From: an uncultured Methanosarcinales archaeon
GTDB lineage: Archaea; Nanobdellota; Nanobdellia; Woesearchaeales; GW2011-AR15
Direction of reading: 5' to 3'
Length of the DNA: 64,000 nucleotides
Assembly: GCA_964441565.1 (NCBI GenBank)
Contig: CAYTWW010000003.1
Span: 60,037 to 124,036 of the forward strand
Shown here: piece by piece, positions 27,619 to 36,133 of the stretch
Layout: each line of letters starts with the position of its first letter
How positions within the stretch are numbered: position 1 is the stretch's first letter
Made by a program: the position numbers and the translations under genes
The notes under the pieces: generated by a model
Told to the model about the DNA's origin: nothing
Database searches by the model: none
What the model saw: the letters and a program-made list of their open reading frames with translations, nothing else

Positions 27619-27709
27619 GTGGTTCAAAACTGAGTGACTATCTTCTCTTTTATGGCAAATGCCCCTTGTTATTAAGATATTTCGCTGACTACCTATGGAG
27701 GTGATCAGG

Positions 27710-28330
27710 ATGAGATGGATGTTCTTGATATTGCTGCTGGCAGCGGGCTGCACGATGCAGGAAGGTATGACAGATGGATTCGGGGAGGAAGCTTCAGACC
27801 AAGCACCTGAGACTCCACCTGAGACAGCGCAACCTGAGACAGCTCCTGTCACAGCAGGTCAATCACCTGAGACAGCACCTACCCAAGAGACATATGAGAT
27901 AGGTGGGGCCACTGAGAGCACTGCAGATGATGCTGTCAGTGATGATGCTGTCAGTGAAGAGGATGAGACAGGAGCTGAGGATATCATGGAGGAGGAAATA
28001 GGAGATGTCGCTGTTCCACAGAACGTGTCTGCGAGTCCGGGGTTCTGCCCAGACGATGAATGCCCTGTCGCATTGACCAACACTGTGATCATAGATGATG
28101 GATTCTATCCTGAAGTCATGACAATCGAGAGGGGAGAGACGATAAAGTGGATCAACGAGAATCCTCAGCCGAGGTCTGTGACCGGGTTCGGTGTGAATGA
28201 GGTGTTAGGACCTGGGGAGGAATTCGAACACAGGTTCTCCAGCACTGGCTCCTATACATACATGTCAGTGGTAGGCGAAGAACTAAGGGGAAAGATAATC
28301 GTCATAGACGATGGTGAGGCATTGGTGTGA
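27710..28330 (+). CDS. Cupredoxin-fold lipoprotein (second copy) with acidic Pro/Glu/Thr linker
   Basis: Perfect SD 'GGAGGTGATC' 3 nt before the ATG at 27710. Lipobox 'LLLAAGC'. 'FYPEVMTIERGETIKWINENPQPRSV...GSYTYMSVVGEELRGKIIV'. Confidence 0.6.
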   Translation: MRWMFLILLLAAGCTMQEGMTDGFGEEASDQAPETPPETAQPETAPVTAGQSPETAPTQETYEIGGATESTADDAVSDDAVSEEDETGAEDIMEEEIGDVAVPQNVSASPGFCPDDECPVALTNTVIIDDGFYPEVMTIERGETIKWINENPQPRSVTGFGVNEVLGPGEEFEHRFSSTGSYTYMSVVGEELRGKIIVIDDGEALV

Positions 28331-28337
28331 AAAGGCA

Positions 28338-29783
28338 TCATCCTCCGCAACCGCAGCCGCAACCACCTGCTGATCCAGTATTCACTGCAGATGGACTGGC
28401 TGCGCAACCTCCACCGCAGTTCCCTCCCTGACAGCCGTTGAAAGACGCACCTGATGCTTCCGGTCCATGGCAGGTGCCTGCAGCTCCTGCTGCAGGTGCA
28501 GGCAGCGCGTCCTCCTTGATGCTGCCAGGATCATCGGTCACGATGAACCTGCCTTGGATCATCCCCATCCAGCAGCTCCAGGGTATCGTCCCTGCCTCGG
28601 TGGGAGTGAATTCGATGACCTGCTCGCCTGGCTTTATCGGGAATTCGAGACCAAGCTTAGGAACAACTATAGCATTGTTGCAGCCGGTGATCTGCTTGCC
28701 GTCTATCACCCATCTGACTGGCACATCCTTCTTGAGGACGAATGATGCAGGGGACCAACCTCTTGCTGTGACATCCATCCTTATCTCCTGATAGCCGTCA
28801 TTCATATCTATCTCATCCTCAGATGCCGGACCACCTACATCGATCCCTACTCCTGTGAGCGCAAGCCCGTTCTTGAGCATCATGACACCAAGCACAAGCA
28901 CGACAAGTCCTGAGACCTTCGCTATCCTTGAAGTCATGCTCCTTGAGATCAGGCTTGCGAAGGCGCCGAATCCCATCATGAAAGGCAGAGTCCCAAGGCC
29001 GAAGACAAGGAGGTACTTAGCTCCTTCGAGCATGCTTCCTGTGCCTGCTGCCATTATGTACATCGCCTGCAGAGGTCCGCAGGCGATCATCAGCCCGTTG
29101 GCAAGCCCTATGCTGAATGGACCTGCTCTCAACTTTGCTGCGATGCGCTCGACTGGTCCAGGAGCCTTAAGCGAGAATCTTGAGAGGAACTTCACGCCAA
29201 GCATCCTGAATCCGAATATCAGGAGGAACAAGCCTGCAAGCACTCCTGCCATCCCTCTGAGCTGTGGAGTGAATGCGACGACTGAGCCAAGGGCCCCGAA
29301 GAGTCCTCCTATCAATGTATATGATAGCGTCTTCCCTCCTGCATATTTCAGGTGGGCTGCCAGGAGGCTTGATTTCTCCTGTGTGGCCTTTGCTGTATAG
29401 GACACGACGAAGCCGCCGCACATCGCGATGCAGTGCAGGCCTGTGAGAAGTCCTGCTACAAACACAAGACCAAGCCCCATCCCTGCTGCGATCTCCGGAA
29501 GGGCTGCGTATCTTGATAGATAGAGCGAGAATGCGATGACTGCAAGGCCAAGGATCGCAAATAGATAACCTCTCTTCTGAGGCTTCCCGAACGTATATCC
29601 TTTATCTTCGATCCTCTTTGCTATCGCATCCATATCCGGTTTCCTGTCTGAGACCACATATCCCTTCCCTGTCGCAAGATCGAAATCCGCCTTCTTCACA
29701 CCATGGACAGACATGGCTGCCTTGACTACACTCTTACGGCATGCATCGCATGTCGTCCCCTCTACATAGAATTCTGTCTTCAT
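28338..29783 (-). CDS. HMA domain / DsbD_2-TauE-like membrane domain / cupredoxin-like domain fusion with Cys-Gly tail
   Basis: I chose the start at the internal 'MKTEFYVEGTTCDACRKSV' (HMA), which overlaps the copZ stop by ATGA. It has ~6 TM segments. C-terminal 'PWSCWMGMIQGRFIV' is a cupredoxin-like loop. Tail is 'GCQGGNCGGGCAAS...GGCGCGCGG'. Confidence 0.7.
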   Translation of the reverse strand: MKTEFYVEGTTCDACRKSVVKAAMSVHGVKKADFDLATGKGYVVSDRKPDMDAIAKRIEDKGYTFGKPQKRGYLFAILGLAVIAFSLYLSRYAALPEIAAGMGLGLVFVAGLLTGLHCIAMCGGFVVSYTAKATQEKSSLLAAHLKYAGGKTLSYTLIGGLFGALGSVVAFTPQLRGMAGVLAGLFLLIFGFRMLGVKFLSRFSLKAPGPVERIAAKLRAGPFSIGLANGLMIACGPLQAMYIMAAGTGSMLEGAKYLLVFGLGTLPFMMGFGAFASLISRSMTSRIAKVSGLVVLVLGVMMLKNGLALTGVGIDVGGPASEDEIDMNDGYQEIRMDVTARGWSPASFVLKKDVPVRWVIDGKQITGCNNAIVVPKLGLEFPIKPGEQVIEFTPTEAGTIPWSCWMGMIQGRFIVTDDPGSIKEDALPAPAAGAAGTCHGPEASGASFNGCQGGNCGGGCAASPSAVNTGSAGGCGCGCGG

Positions 29784-29986
29784 CCCTTCACCCCATACCC
29801 AAGATCTATTATTATCTCCCTGATCCGGTCTTCTGTTATTACCCTTGGATCGAACTCGACATCTGCTTCCTGCCTGTCCAGGGAGACATCGACTGCCTTC
29901 ACCCCTGGCTCTTCCTCCAGAGAATCCATGACAAGAGTCGTGCATCCCCGGCAGTGCATCCCGGTTATCTCGAAAGTCTTCTTCAT
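29780..29986 (-). CDS. copZ: Heavy-metal-associated copper chaperone
   Basis: 'MKKTFEITGMHCRGCTTLVMDSL' is the MxCxxC HMA fold. SD 'GGTGAT' lies 4 nt upstream of the ATG at 29986. Confidence 0.85.
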   Translation of the reverse strand: MKKTFEITGMHCRGCTTLVMDSLEEEPGVKAVDVSLDRQEADVEFDPRVITEDRIREIIIDLGYGVKG

Positions 29987-30196
29987 CAGCATCACCGAGG
30001 ATTGTGAACATCTGCAAGGCTATAATGCTTCTTCGCATGGGGGAAAGGTGCGGAGCGTTCAGGGATCGGAATTTCCTGTTCCAGAGCGTTTATCTCTCGT
30101 TCATGCCATGATTGGCCAAGCACATCCTCCTAAGTTAGACACTTACTAGTGATGAAAGTAGGGAGTTTTATATATTAAAGGAGCAAGCCAGGCAGG

Positions 30197-31615
30197 ATGG
30201 ACCTTCATGGGAAGATGAACCTGGATGATGTGGAAATAGAGGTCAGTGGCAGGACCGATTACACCGGGTCTTCCTGCGAGCTCTCCCTTGCCTTGAAGAA
30301 CATCAAACCATGGGCCCTTGCATCATTGCCTTCTGTAGTGATGATAGGGCAAGGCAGAGCAATAGTATCTGTCGAAGCCTCGCACCCCCTAGGAATACTG
30401 TATGATCCTGGCACAAAGATCACAGTCGCCATAGCAGGGGATGGGAATGTGGAAGGACTCTACAGGGCTGCCCAGGAGGTGCTTCGTCATGGAGTATCGC
30501 CACACATCGAATCCGCAAGCATCGGTAGCGATCAATTCAATGCTAGCAAGGTCCTTGCAAATATGCCTCTGTTACAGGAGAAGAACAGATCTTCCCTGGA
30601 AAACCTCGTGTTCAGCTATCCTATGCTTAACAGGGATATGAGGGAGAAGATCTTCCTTCCTCTTGCAGATGGAAGGGGATTTGAAATCTATGAATATGGT
30701 CCGATAGATGGAGCTCGTTCTGCCTCTGCAGACACAATGATCTACCTTGCCAGGTTGTTCGGATACAACCAGGCTCTCATCCATTATCCATCGATGATAT
30801 CAGAGATGTCAAGCTATTTCCTGAGGGCTGAGATGATCCATCTTCCTGCAGGCAAACTCACAGAAGCACTTGCAGATATAGAAAGGGCACAAGCAATAGG
30901 AAGTTTCATCCTTGAAAATAATCTGCGTGGGAAGCCTTTCGATGAGATCCATGATATCGATACACAGATGGAGTATGGACCTCTTTGGAGATATTTCGAC
31001 ATCTATCCTGAGGCAGTGAGCAGGAAAGAGATGGTCCTTGCAAAAACGCTGAGACAGGAGATAATGAAAGCTGAGATACGATCAATCCTTGCCAGGAAGG
31101 CAGGAAGGGAGCAGGATATACCTTCATACGTCGCCTTGGCCAGGGCAGGAGTGAGCAGGATCATCGAAGAATTCTACAATCCAGGAAGACAGACATTCAC
31201 AACTGTGCCTAACATGGATTCAGAGTTGAGAGAGCCAGGGCTTGTCCAGCAATATGCACCGACAGAGGATAGCATCCTCGCGCAGAATGAGAATTCAAAG
31301 AACAATCTCAGGCTTGAGATCTATCGGCAGATCGTGGTCTATGCTAGAAACAGGCTTTCTCGCATCTCGGCAGATATCCGGGAGATATCAGAAGTGAGTC
31401 CAAGGCTCCCGGGACTTTCATTGGCTGAGCAGATCTATCTACTGGAGAAGAATGAGCTTGAGAGAGCTGTGAAAAATATGGACTGGGGACGTGCAGCGAG
31501 TCTTAGCGGCACTATCAGGGAGCTTGAAGAGCAGCAAAGATACAAGATGGCAAACGACCCTCTCTCTTTCGGAGGAGATTATGCTGGCTCTCTTCTACGG
31601 AAGATGCCTCATTAG
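30197..31615 (+). CDS. Hypothetical cytoplasmic protein (472 aa)
   Basis: Long ORF with coding-like composition and no TM or signal peptide. I do not recognise a family. The C-terminal 'WGRAASLSGTIRELEEQ' is faintly UVR-motif-like. Confidence 0.5.
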   Translation: MDLHGKMNLDDVEIEVSGRTDYTGSSCELSLALKNIKPWALASLPSVVMIGQGRAIVSVEASHPLGILYDPGTKITVAIAGDGNVEGLYRAAQEVLRHGVSPHIESASIGSDQFNASKVLANMPLLQEKNRSSLENLVFSYPMLNRDMREKIFLPLADGRGFEIYEYGPIDGARSASADTMIYLARLFGYNQALIHYPSMISEMSSYFLRAEMIHLPAGKLTEALADIERAQAIGSFILENNLRGKPFDEIHDIDTQMEYGPLWRYFDIYPEAVSRKEMVLAKTLRQEIMKAEIRSILARKAGREQDIPSYVALARAGVSRIIEEFYNPGRQTFTTVPNMDSELREPGLVQQYAPTEDSILAQNENSKNNLRLEIYRQIVVYARNRLSRISADIREISEVSPRLPGLSLAEQIYLLEKNELERAVKNMDWGRAASLSGTIRELEEQQRYKMANDPLSFGGDYAGSLLRKMPH

Positions 31616-31681
31616 ATACTTGCCTCAAAACCGCCCTTTTAAGAATCATCATCTGCACGAATACACGATGGAGGAACAAAC

Positions 31682-32083
31682 ATGAGACTAGACCCATATC
31701 TGATATTTGACGGAAAAGCAGAGAAGGCATTCAAGTTCTACAGTTCTGTTTTCGGAGGGGAGATGTCTCTGCAGAGATACAAGGATGCACCAGAAGGAAA
31801 CGACAGCGACAAGGTGATGCATGTGTCCCTTCAAGTCGGAGAGAGCGTACTAATGGGATCCGATGCCCCTGATGATCAGGGAGTGGACTTCGGGAACAAC
31901 TTCAACATATCGATCAGCATAGATTCAAAGGAGGAGGCTGACAGGATCTTCGGGAGGCTCAAGGAAGGAGGCCATGTCCTGATGGCTATGGAGAACACTT
32001 TCTGGGGCGCTTATTTCGGGATGGTGCGAGACAAATTCGGTGTGCAGTGGATGGTGAGCTATAGCGAGAAAGGGGAGCAATGA
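31682..32083 (+). CDS. VOC/glyoxalase-superfamily protein (PhnB/YjdN-like)
   Basis: 'YLIFDGKAEKAFKFYSSVFGGE', 'MHVSLQVGESVLMGSD', 'FWGAYFGMVRDKFGVQWMV'. Confidence 0.8.
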   Translation: MRLDPYLIFDGKAEKAFKFYSSVFGGEMSLQRYKDAPEGNDSDKVMHVSLQVGESVLMGSDAPDDQGVDFGNNFNISISIDSKEEADRIFGRLKEGGHVLMAMENTFWGAYFGMVRDKFGVQWMVSYSEKGEQ

Positions 32084-32088
32084 TATAG

Positions 32089-32631
32089 CTAGAACTTCCT
32101 CACAAGGAATATCTTCTTTGTCTTGCCGTTCTCTTTCCTGTGGATGATCCTCCTCTCCTCGAGGGAACCGAGGAGGATAGAGAGCGTGGCCTTAGACATG
32201 CCTGTCTTGTACCTGAGGGTGCTCTGCTGTATGCCTTCCTGCTCATGCACAAGGCGGAGGACCTTCTGCTCTTCTGGCTGGAAGCCGACGAGGAAAGCTG
32301 AGAACTCGTCGATACCCTTCTCGAACTTCCTCGCATCCCGAAGCGCTGAAGAGACTTCCTGCTGGTGCTTAGCCAAAATCTCCTGCGTCCTGTCGAAGAG
32401 CGCGAGATACAGGCCGAAGAGGAGCATGCTGCCCGAGAGTATCCCCCCCAGGATATAGACAGTGAAGTCCCTCTCCTCATGGAGACAGGTGCCGTCTGAC
32501 AAGTAGCATGAACCAAGCTCTTTGGTGATCTCAGCTATCCTCCTGTCGTCAGCTGCTTTTGTCATGAGGACAAAGACACCTGAGAGGACTCCCAGAAGGA
32601 TGATTACAAATCCGATCTGACGCTGGTTCAT
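32089..32631 (-). CDS. Membrane-associated winged-helix transcriptional regulator
   Basis: Two N-terminal TM helices, then 'EEQKVLRLVHEQEGIQQSTLRYKTGMSKATLSILLGSLEERRIIHRKENGKT' (MarR/wHTH-like). Confidence 0.65.
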   Translation of the reverse strand: MNQRQIGFVIILLGVLSGVFVLMTKAADDRRIAEITKELGSCYLSDGTCLHEERDFTVYILGGILSGSMLLFGLYLALFDRTQEILAKHQQEVSSALRDARKFEKGIDEFSAFLVGFQPEEQKVLRLVHEQEGIQQSTLRYKTGMSKATLSILLGSLEERRIIHRKENGKTKKIFLVRKF

Positions 32632-32655
32632 TAATCACAGGAATAGGTTGAGTGT

Positions 32656-33063
32656 TTATATTTCTTGGGGAACGATCCTTATCATCTGCTCAGAGGAAAG
32701 GATCTCGGTGCCATCGCTGATGGCGCGTGCCTGCAGATACAACATATCCCCTTCTGGCACCTTGAATGTGACTGAGAACATATCTGGGATAGGATATGGA
32801 CCGCTGTTGTGCTGGCCAAGTGAGCTTGTCATGTTCTCCTCCTGCCTTATCACCAGTTCAGTCTCTTCTATCGAGCCAAGGCCGCTGACTGACCATGACA
32901 CTGTGAGAAGCTGGCCTTCGCGTGCCTGCCTTGGCAGCTCAAGCATCCTTACCTCAAGGGCTGAATACCTCTCTGACAGGGGTTCTGCGACAGGTGTGCC
33001 GAACTCCTCCTCGCATGCTGCAAGAGATAGGAGTGTAAAAATGAGAAAGAAATGAAGTTTCAT
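32656..33063 (-). CDS. Small lipoprotein, beta-sandwich-like (unknown)
   Basis: Lipobox 'LLSLAAC'. ATGA overlap with the DsbA-like gene. Confidence 0.5.
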   Translation of the reverse strand: MKLHFFLIFTLLSLAACEEEFGTPVAEPLSERYSALEVRMLELPRQAREGQLLTVSWSVSGLGSIEETELVIRQEENMTSSLGQHNSGPYPIPDMFSVTFKVPEGDMLYLQARAISDGTEILSSEQMIRIVPQEI

Positions 33064-33653
33064 CCGAGCTTTGAATCGAGGAGCTGTTTGAAGACATCAT
33101 ATGGCTGAGCCCCTGATATGACTTCGCCATCGATGACAAAGGAAGGCGTGGATCTTACTCCCTGAGCGACACCTTGCTGCGCCTCCTGCCTGACACGCTC
33201 GCCTGCCCTTCCTGAATCAAGGCAGTCGGAGAACGCTTCCATGTCAAGGCCTAGCTCGCCTGCATATTGCTTGTACTTTGCCGGTCCTCCCTGGACACCC
33301 TGGACATATAGCTTGTCAGTCATCTCCCAGAACGCGCCCTGCTGCTCTGCGCAGACAGCTGCTTCTGCAGATTTCTGGGCATTGGCATGGATCTGTGTAA
33401 GAGGGAAATTCCTGTGGACATAGTATACTTTCCCTGTGTCGATATAATCTTCCTTGAGCTGAGGGAATGTCTCCCTGTAGAACCTGCTGCAGAATGGGCA
33501 TTCATAGTCGCTGTATTCGACTATCGTGAGGCTTGCGTTCTCATTACCCAGAGCGTTTCCAGTCTCCTCCCCTGTGAAGACGACATTGCCAGTCCCGCCG
33601 CTGCATGCGACCAGGAATCCGGCCAAGAAAATCATAAGGATGTTCCATCTCAT
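33060..33653 (-). CDS. DsbA-family thiol:disulfide oxidoreductase lipoprotein
   Basis: 'EYSDYECPFCSRFY' has a CPFC active site. Lipobox 'FLVAC'. SD 'GGTGAT' precedes the ATG at 33653. Confidence 0.8.
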   Translation of the reverse strand: MRWNILMIFLAGFLVACSGGTGNVVFTGEETGNALGNENASLTIVEYSDYECPFCSRFYRETFPQLKEDYIDTGKVYYVHRNFPLTQIHANAQKSAEAAVCAEQQGAFWEMTDKLYVQGVQGGPAKYKQYAGELGLDMEAFSDCLDSGRAGERVRQEAQQGVAQGVRSTPSFVIDGEVISGAQPYDVFKQLLDSKLG

Positions 33654-33744
33654 GTAAATCACCAGAGCCATGGCTCCTTGAGAAACATATATTCATGACG
33701 GCTATGGAAAAAAGGGGAAAATGAGAAAATGTCTATTTCTCACG

Positions 33745-34092
33745 CTACCACTTTCCCAGCTCTTTCTCGACACCTGCGACCCAGCTCCTTATCACAGACA
33801 TTATCCTGGCGCGAAGCTCGTCGCGCTGCCTGATGCGATAGTAGAATATGTAGCCGCCGCTTGACAGGTTCTCCTGGTTTCTTGAGATAAGCTCCTTCCC
33901 GTGCAGCTTCTTCATGCAGCGCTGGACTGTGGAGAGGTCTAGGGAGAGCCGCTTAGAGAGGACTTCTGATGTGAACCATTTTCCATCCTCGGAAAGGAGG
34001 GTCTCGAGGACCTTGTATTCAGCCCTAGTGAGGCCGAGACTGCACTTGATTATCTCAGGCAGGCTGAAGCGCTTGCAGGCGAAATCGATCAT
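33745..34092 (-). CDS. Winged-helix (TrmB/MarR-like) transcriptional regulator
   Basis: 'LTRAEYKVLETLLSEDGKWFTSEVLSKRLSLDLSTVQRCMKKLHGKELISR'. Confidence 0.65.
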   Translation of the reverse strand: MIDFACKRFSLPEIIKCSLGLTRAEYKVLETLLSEDGKWFTSEVLSKRLSLDLSTVQRCMKKLHGKELISRNQENLSSGGYIFYYRIRQRDELRARIMSVIRSWVAGVEKELGKW

Positions 34093-34119
34093 ATTCTTCT
34101 TCCTTCGACTTCGAAGGTT

Positions 34120-34407
34120 TCATTCCTTGACAAACAGCATGCAGTGGCAGTGGCCCATGACCTTTATCTCGTCCATGTGCCAGATGCAGGGGCATGCCTT
34201 TCCCTTGTCCTCATCATCGTTCCCTGCGACCATCCTGCATGGGCAATAGGGCTTCCCCCATTTCTTCTCGTTCCTGATGATCCCCTTGACGATGTTGTCG
34301 ACGATGCGCTTGTCAGGGTTGAGCTTGATGCCATTCTTCTTGGCATGATCAAGATAGAAAGAGACAAGCTGCTCTGACCTCTGCTCCTGAGTGAGTTCCT
34401 CTGCCAT
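34120..34407 (-). CDS. Ferredoxin:thioredoxin reductase catalytic-subunit-like protein
   Basis: 'YCPCRMV...KACPCIWH...GHCHCMLF' is the CPC/CPC/CHC signature. I chose the start at 'MAEELTQ' (34407), 1 nt after the trx stop. Confidence 0.8.
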   Translation of the reverse strand: MAEELTQEQRSEQLVSFYLDHAKKNGIKLNPDKRIVDNIVKGIIRNEKKWGKPYCPCRMVAGNDDEDKGKACPCIWHMDEIKVMGHCHCMLFVKE

Positions 34408-34408
34408 C

Positions 34409-34738
34409 TTATATCTTCTTGAGGACAAGGTCTATCTTCTGCTTCATCGCAGGCTTTGGTGCGAATCCGACGATCCTCTCGACTTCCTTGCCTTTGTTGA
34501 ATACTACCAGGCATGGGATAGAGTTGATCTTATGCTGCTGGGCTATCTCCCCTGCTTCCTCAGTAGAGAGCTTCGCGAACTTGAGCTTTCCCACATATTC
34601 CTTAGAAAGATCCTCGAAGACTGGTGCCATCATCTGGCATGGCATGCACCATGATGCCCAGAAATCGACTATGACCGGCTGGTCTGACTTTGTCACTTCA
34701 CTCTCAAAATTATCACCTGATAGATGCACAACGCTCAT
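34409..34738 (-). CDS. trxA: Thioredoxin
   Basis: 'VIVDFWASWCMPCQMMAPVF' has a WCxPC active site. I chose the start at the internal 'MSVVHL' (34738); the upstream ORF extension looks non-coding. Confidence 0.85.
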   Translation of the reverse strand: MSVVHLSGDNFESEVTKSDQPVIVDFWASWCMPCQMMAPVFEDLSKEYVGKLKFAKLSTEEAGEIAQQHKINSIPCLVVFNKGKEVERIVGFAPKPAMKQKIDLVLKKI

Positions 34739-34901
34739 ATTCTGTCCTCCGCTCCTGACCTGATGCAGGTCAGTACTGCTGAAATGTAGAAGTAGTATAT
34801 AAAGATGTTCGAGTACTGTGGCAAGGGAGGGGAAAAAAGCGGTAGCGGTGATATTTCCCTCCGCCATAAAATATTTAACCTCATCACGAATATGCTAACC
34901 A

Positions 34902-35372
34902 ATGATATATGACCGCAACCAGTTCATATTCAATATCATACTCTCGGTGCTGATGGTCGTCTTGATATCAGCATTCGTCTTCTTCGGTTTCTCTGTCCTC
35001 AGGATGGAGGAGAAGTTGGATTCGCTTGAAAAGTCGAGGAACAATATCCAGGCATCGCATCAGGAGATAGGATACGTGCTTGGCCAAGGTGTCTTCACTG
35101 TGGATGCCGATGATTTCGGCAAGCTGACAGGCGCGTCGATGCAGCCTGCCATCTTCGATGGGAACACTCTCATCGAGATGAGATACTCCAACCAGACAAT
35201 AGTGCCAGGCCATGTTGTCAGGTATATCGATGCTGCAGGGACACCTGTCATCCACAGGGTGAGAGCTGTCTACGAGGGAACACTGCATGTCCAGGGGGAC
35301 AGCATGGGAGAAGGAGAGATCATCGAGAAGTCCCAGATCACGCATGTCGTCCTAGGGGTGCTGTATACATAA
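34902..35372 (+). CDS. Signal peptidase I-like (S26/S24 family) membrane protease
   Basis: N-terminal TM, 'LTGASMQPAIFDGN' (catalytic Ser motif), 'PVIHRVRAV'. Confidence 0.65.
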   Translation: MIYDRNQFIFNIILSVLMVVLISAFVFFGFSVLRMEEKLDSLEKSRNNIQASHQEIGYVLGQGVFTVDADDFGKLTGASMQPAIFDGNTLIEMRYSNQTIVPGHVVRYIDAAGTPVIHRVRAVYEGTLHVQGDSMGEGEIIEKSQITHVVLGVLYT

Positions 35373-35587
35373 TGGGTTTCGAGGAGCTTGATGCCTGGTA
35401 CGACCGCGAGAAGCAGAGGCTGGGAGACCGCCTGGCTGCAGGCAGAGGAAGCGAAAAGGCGAAGAAGTCTTATGCTGATGCGATGGCAAAGCTGCACAAG
35501 TCATATGAGGCAAAGGCTGCCAGGATGGAAAAGTCAGAAGAGAGACTGTCGAGGATCAAGAGATTTTTAAGGAGGATACTGAGATGA
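35372..35587 (+). CDS. Small Lys/Arg-rich coiled-coil protein (unknown)
   Basis: 71 aa. Its start overlaps the upstream stop (TAATG), and it overlaps the downstream gene by ATGA. Confidence 0.4.
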   Translation: MGFEELDAWYDREKQRLGDRLAAGRGSEKAKKSYADAMAKLHKSYEAKAARMEKSEERLSRIKRFLRRILR

Positions 35588-35886
35588 ACTATGCTGAGAA
35601 GACGCGGAGGAAGATGATATTCCAGGCAGGTGCTGCCGTCTCCCTCCTGATGATCCTGTCTGTGCTTGTCTTCATGAAGCTGCAGCCTGCGACTGAATGG
35701 ATCACGATCGAGGATTCTTGCGGGCCTGTCGGGAATACCATATCGCATACCATATCCAGCGAAGACCAATGCGAGAACAGCTGCGTCGCTGCCTGTCTCT
35801 CGTTCGGGAAAGAGTTCGTCGACAGGAAGTTCGAGTATAACCAGGAAGTGCGGTGCAATAGCTGCGAGTGCCTCTGCAGGGTCTGA
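35584..35886 (+). CDS. Membrane-anchored Cys-rich protein (unknown)
   Basis: SD 'AGGAGGAT' upstream. TM 'AGAAVSLLMILSVLVFM'. 9 Cys in the ectodomain ('CENSCVAACLSF...CNSCECLC'). Confidence 0.5.
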   Translation: MNYAEKTRRKMIFQAGAAVSLLMILSVLVFMKLQPATEWITIEDSCGPVGNTISHTISSEDQCENSCVAACLSFGKEFVDRKFEYNQEVRCNSCECLCRV

Positions 35887-35986
35887 AACAAGTTATTTCC
35901 TTTTATTATAATTGACGAAAATCTGCTGTTGGCGGCAGTCGTCTTCCTCCGCTTTTTCCGAATGGCCCTAGAGAATTATACAATAC

Positions 35987-36076
35987 TGCAACAACATGCC
36001 GGCGGCGAGCTGGGGGTCGTCCCTTACGGGGTGGCGAGTAGGCTGAAAGCCGTCGCCTAGGCATGATGTTGTTGCA
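35987..36076. ncRNA. Candidate structured RNA (90-nt compound hairpin), family unknown
   Basis: 'TGCAACAACATGCC' (35987-36000) pairs with 'GGCATGATGTTGTTGCA' (36060-36076). Inside, 'GGCGGCG' pairs with 'CGTCGCC', and there are small hairpins GGGG-UCG-UCCC and GGC-UGAAA-GCC. It lies in a 270-nt intergenic region downstream of a 'TTTTATTATA' box. Confidence 0.3.
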
Positions 36077-36120
36077 CAAAATCTGGGCAAATCAAGATTC
36101 AATACATATCTGCATTCCCG

Positions 36121-36133
36121 AAAGATTTAAATC
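36121..36133 (+). promoter_or_regulatory. BRE/TATA-like promoter
   Basis: 'AAAGATTTAAATC' lies ~29 nt upstream of the ATG at 36158. Confidence 0.55.

Noticed and set aside
29784-30038. N-terminal 85-aa extension of the 566-aa ORF (28338-30038)
   Set aside because: The extension is Arg/Gly-rich nonsense and overlaps the well-supported copZ gene in another frame. The HMA domain begins exactly at the internal ATG, which overlaps the copZ stop.
35918-36085. 8-bp direct repeats 'AAAATCTG' (35918-35925 and 36078-36085) flanking the structured element, as the target-site duplication of a MITE
   Set aside because: The enclosed segment has no terminal inverted repeats. No second copy of the element occurs in the window. 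An 8-mer repeat in AT-rich DNA can easily arise by chance.
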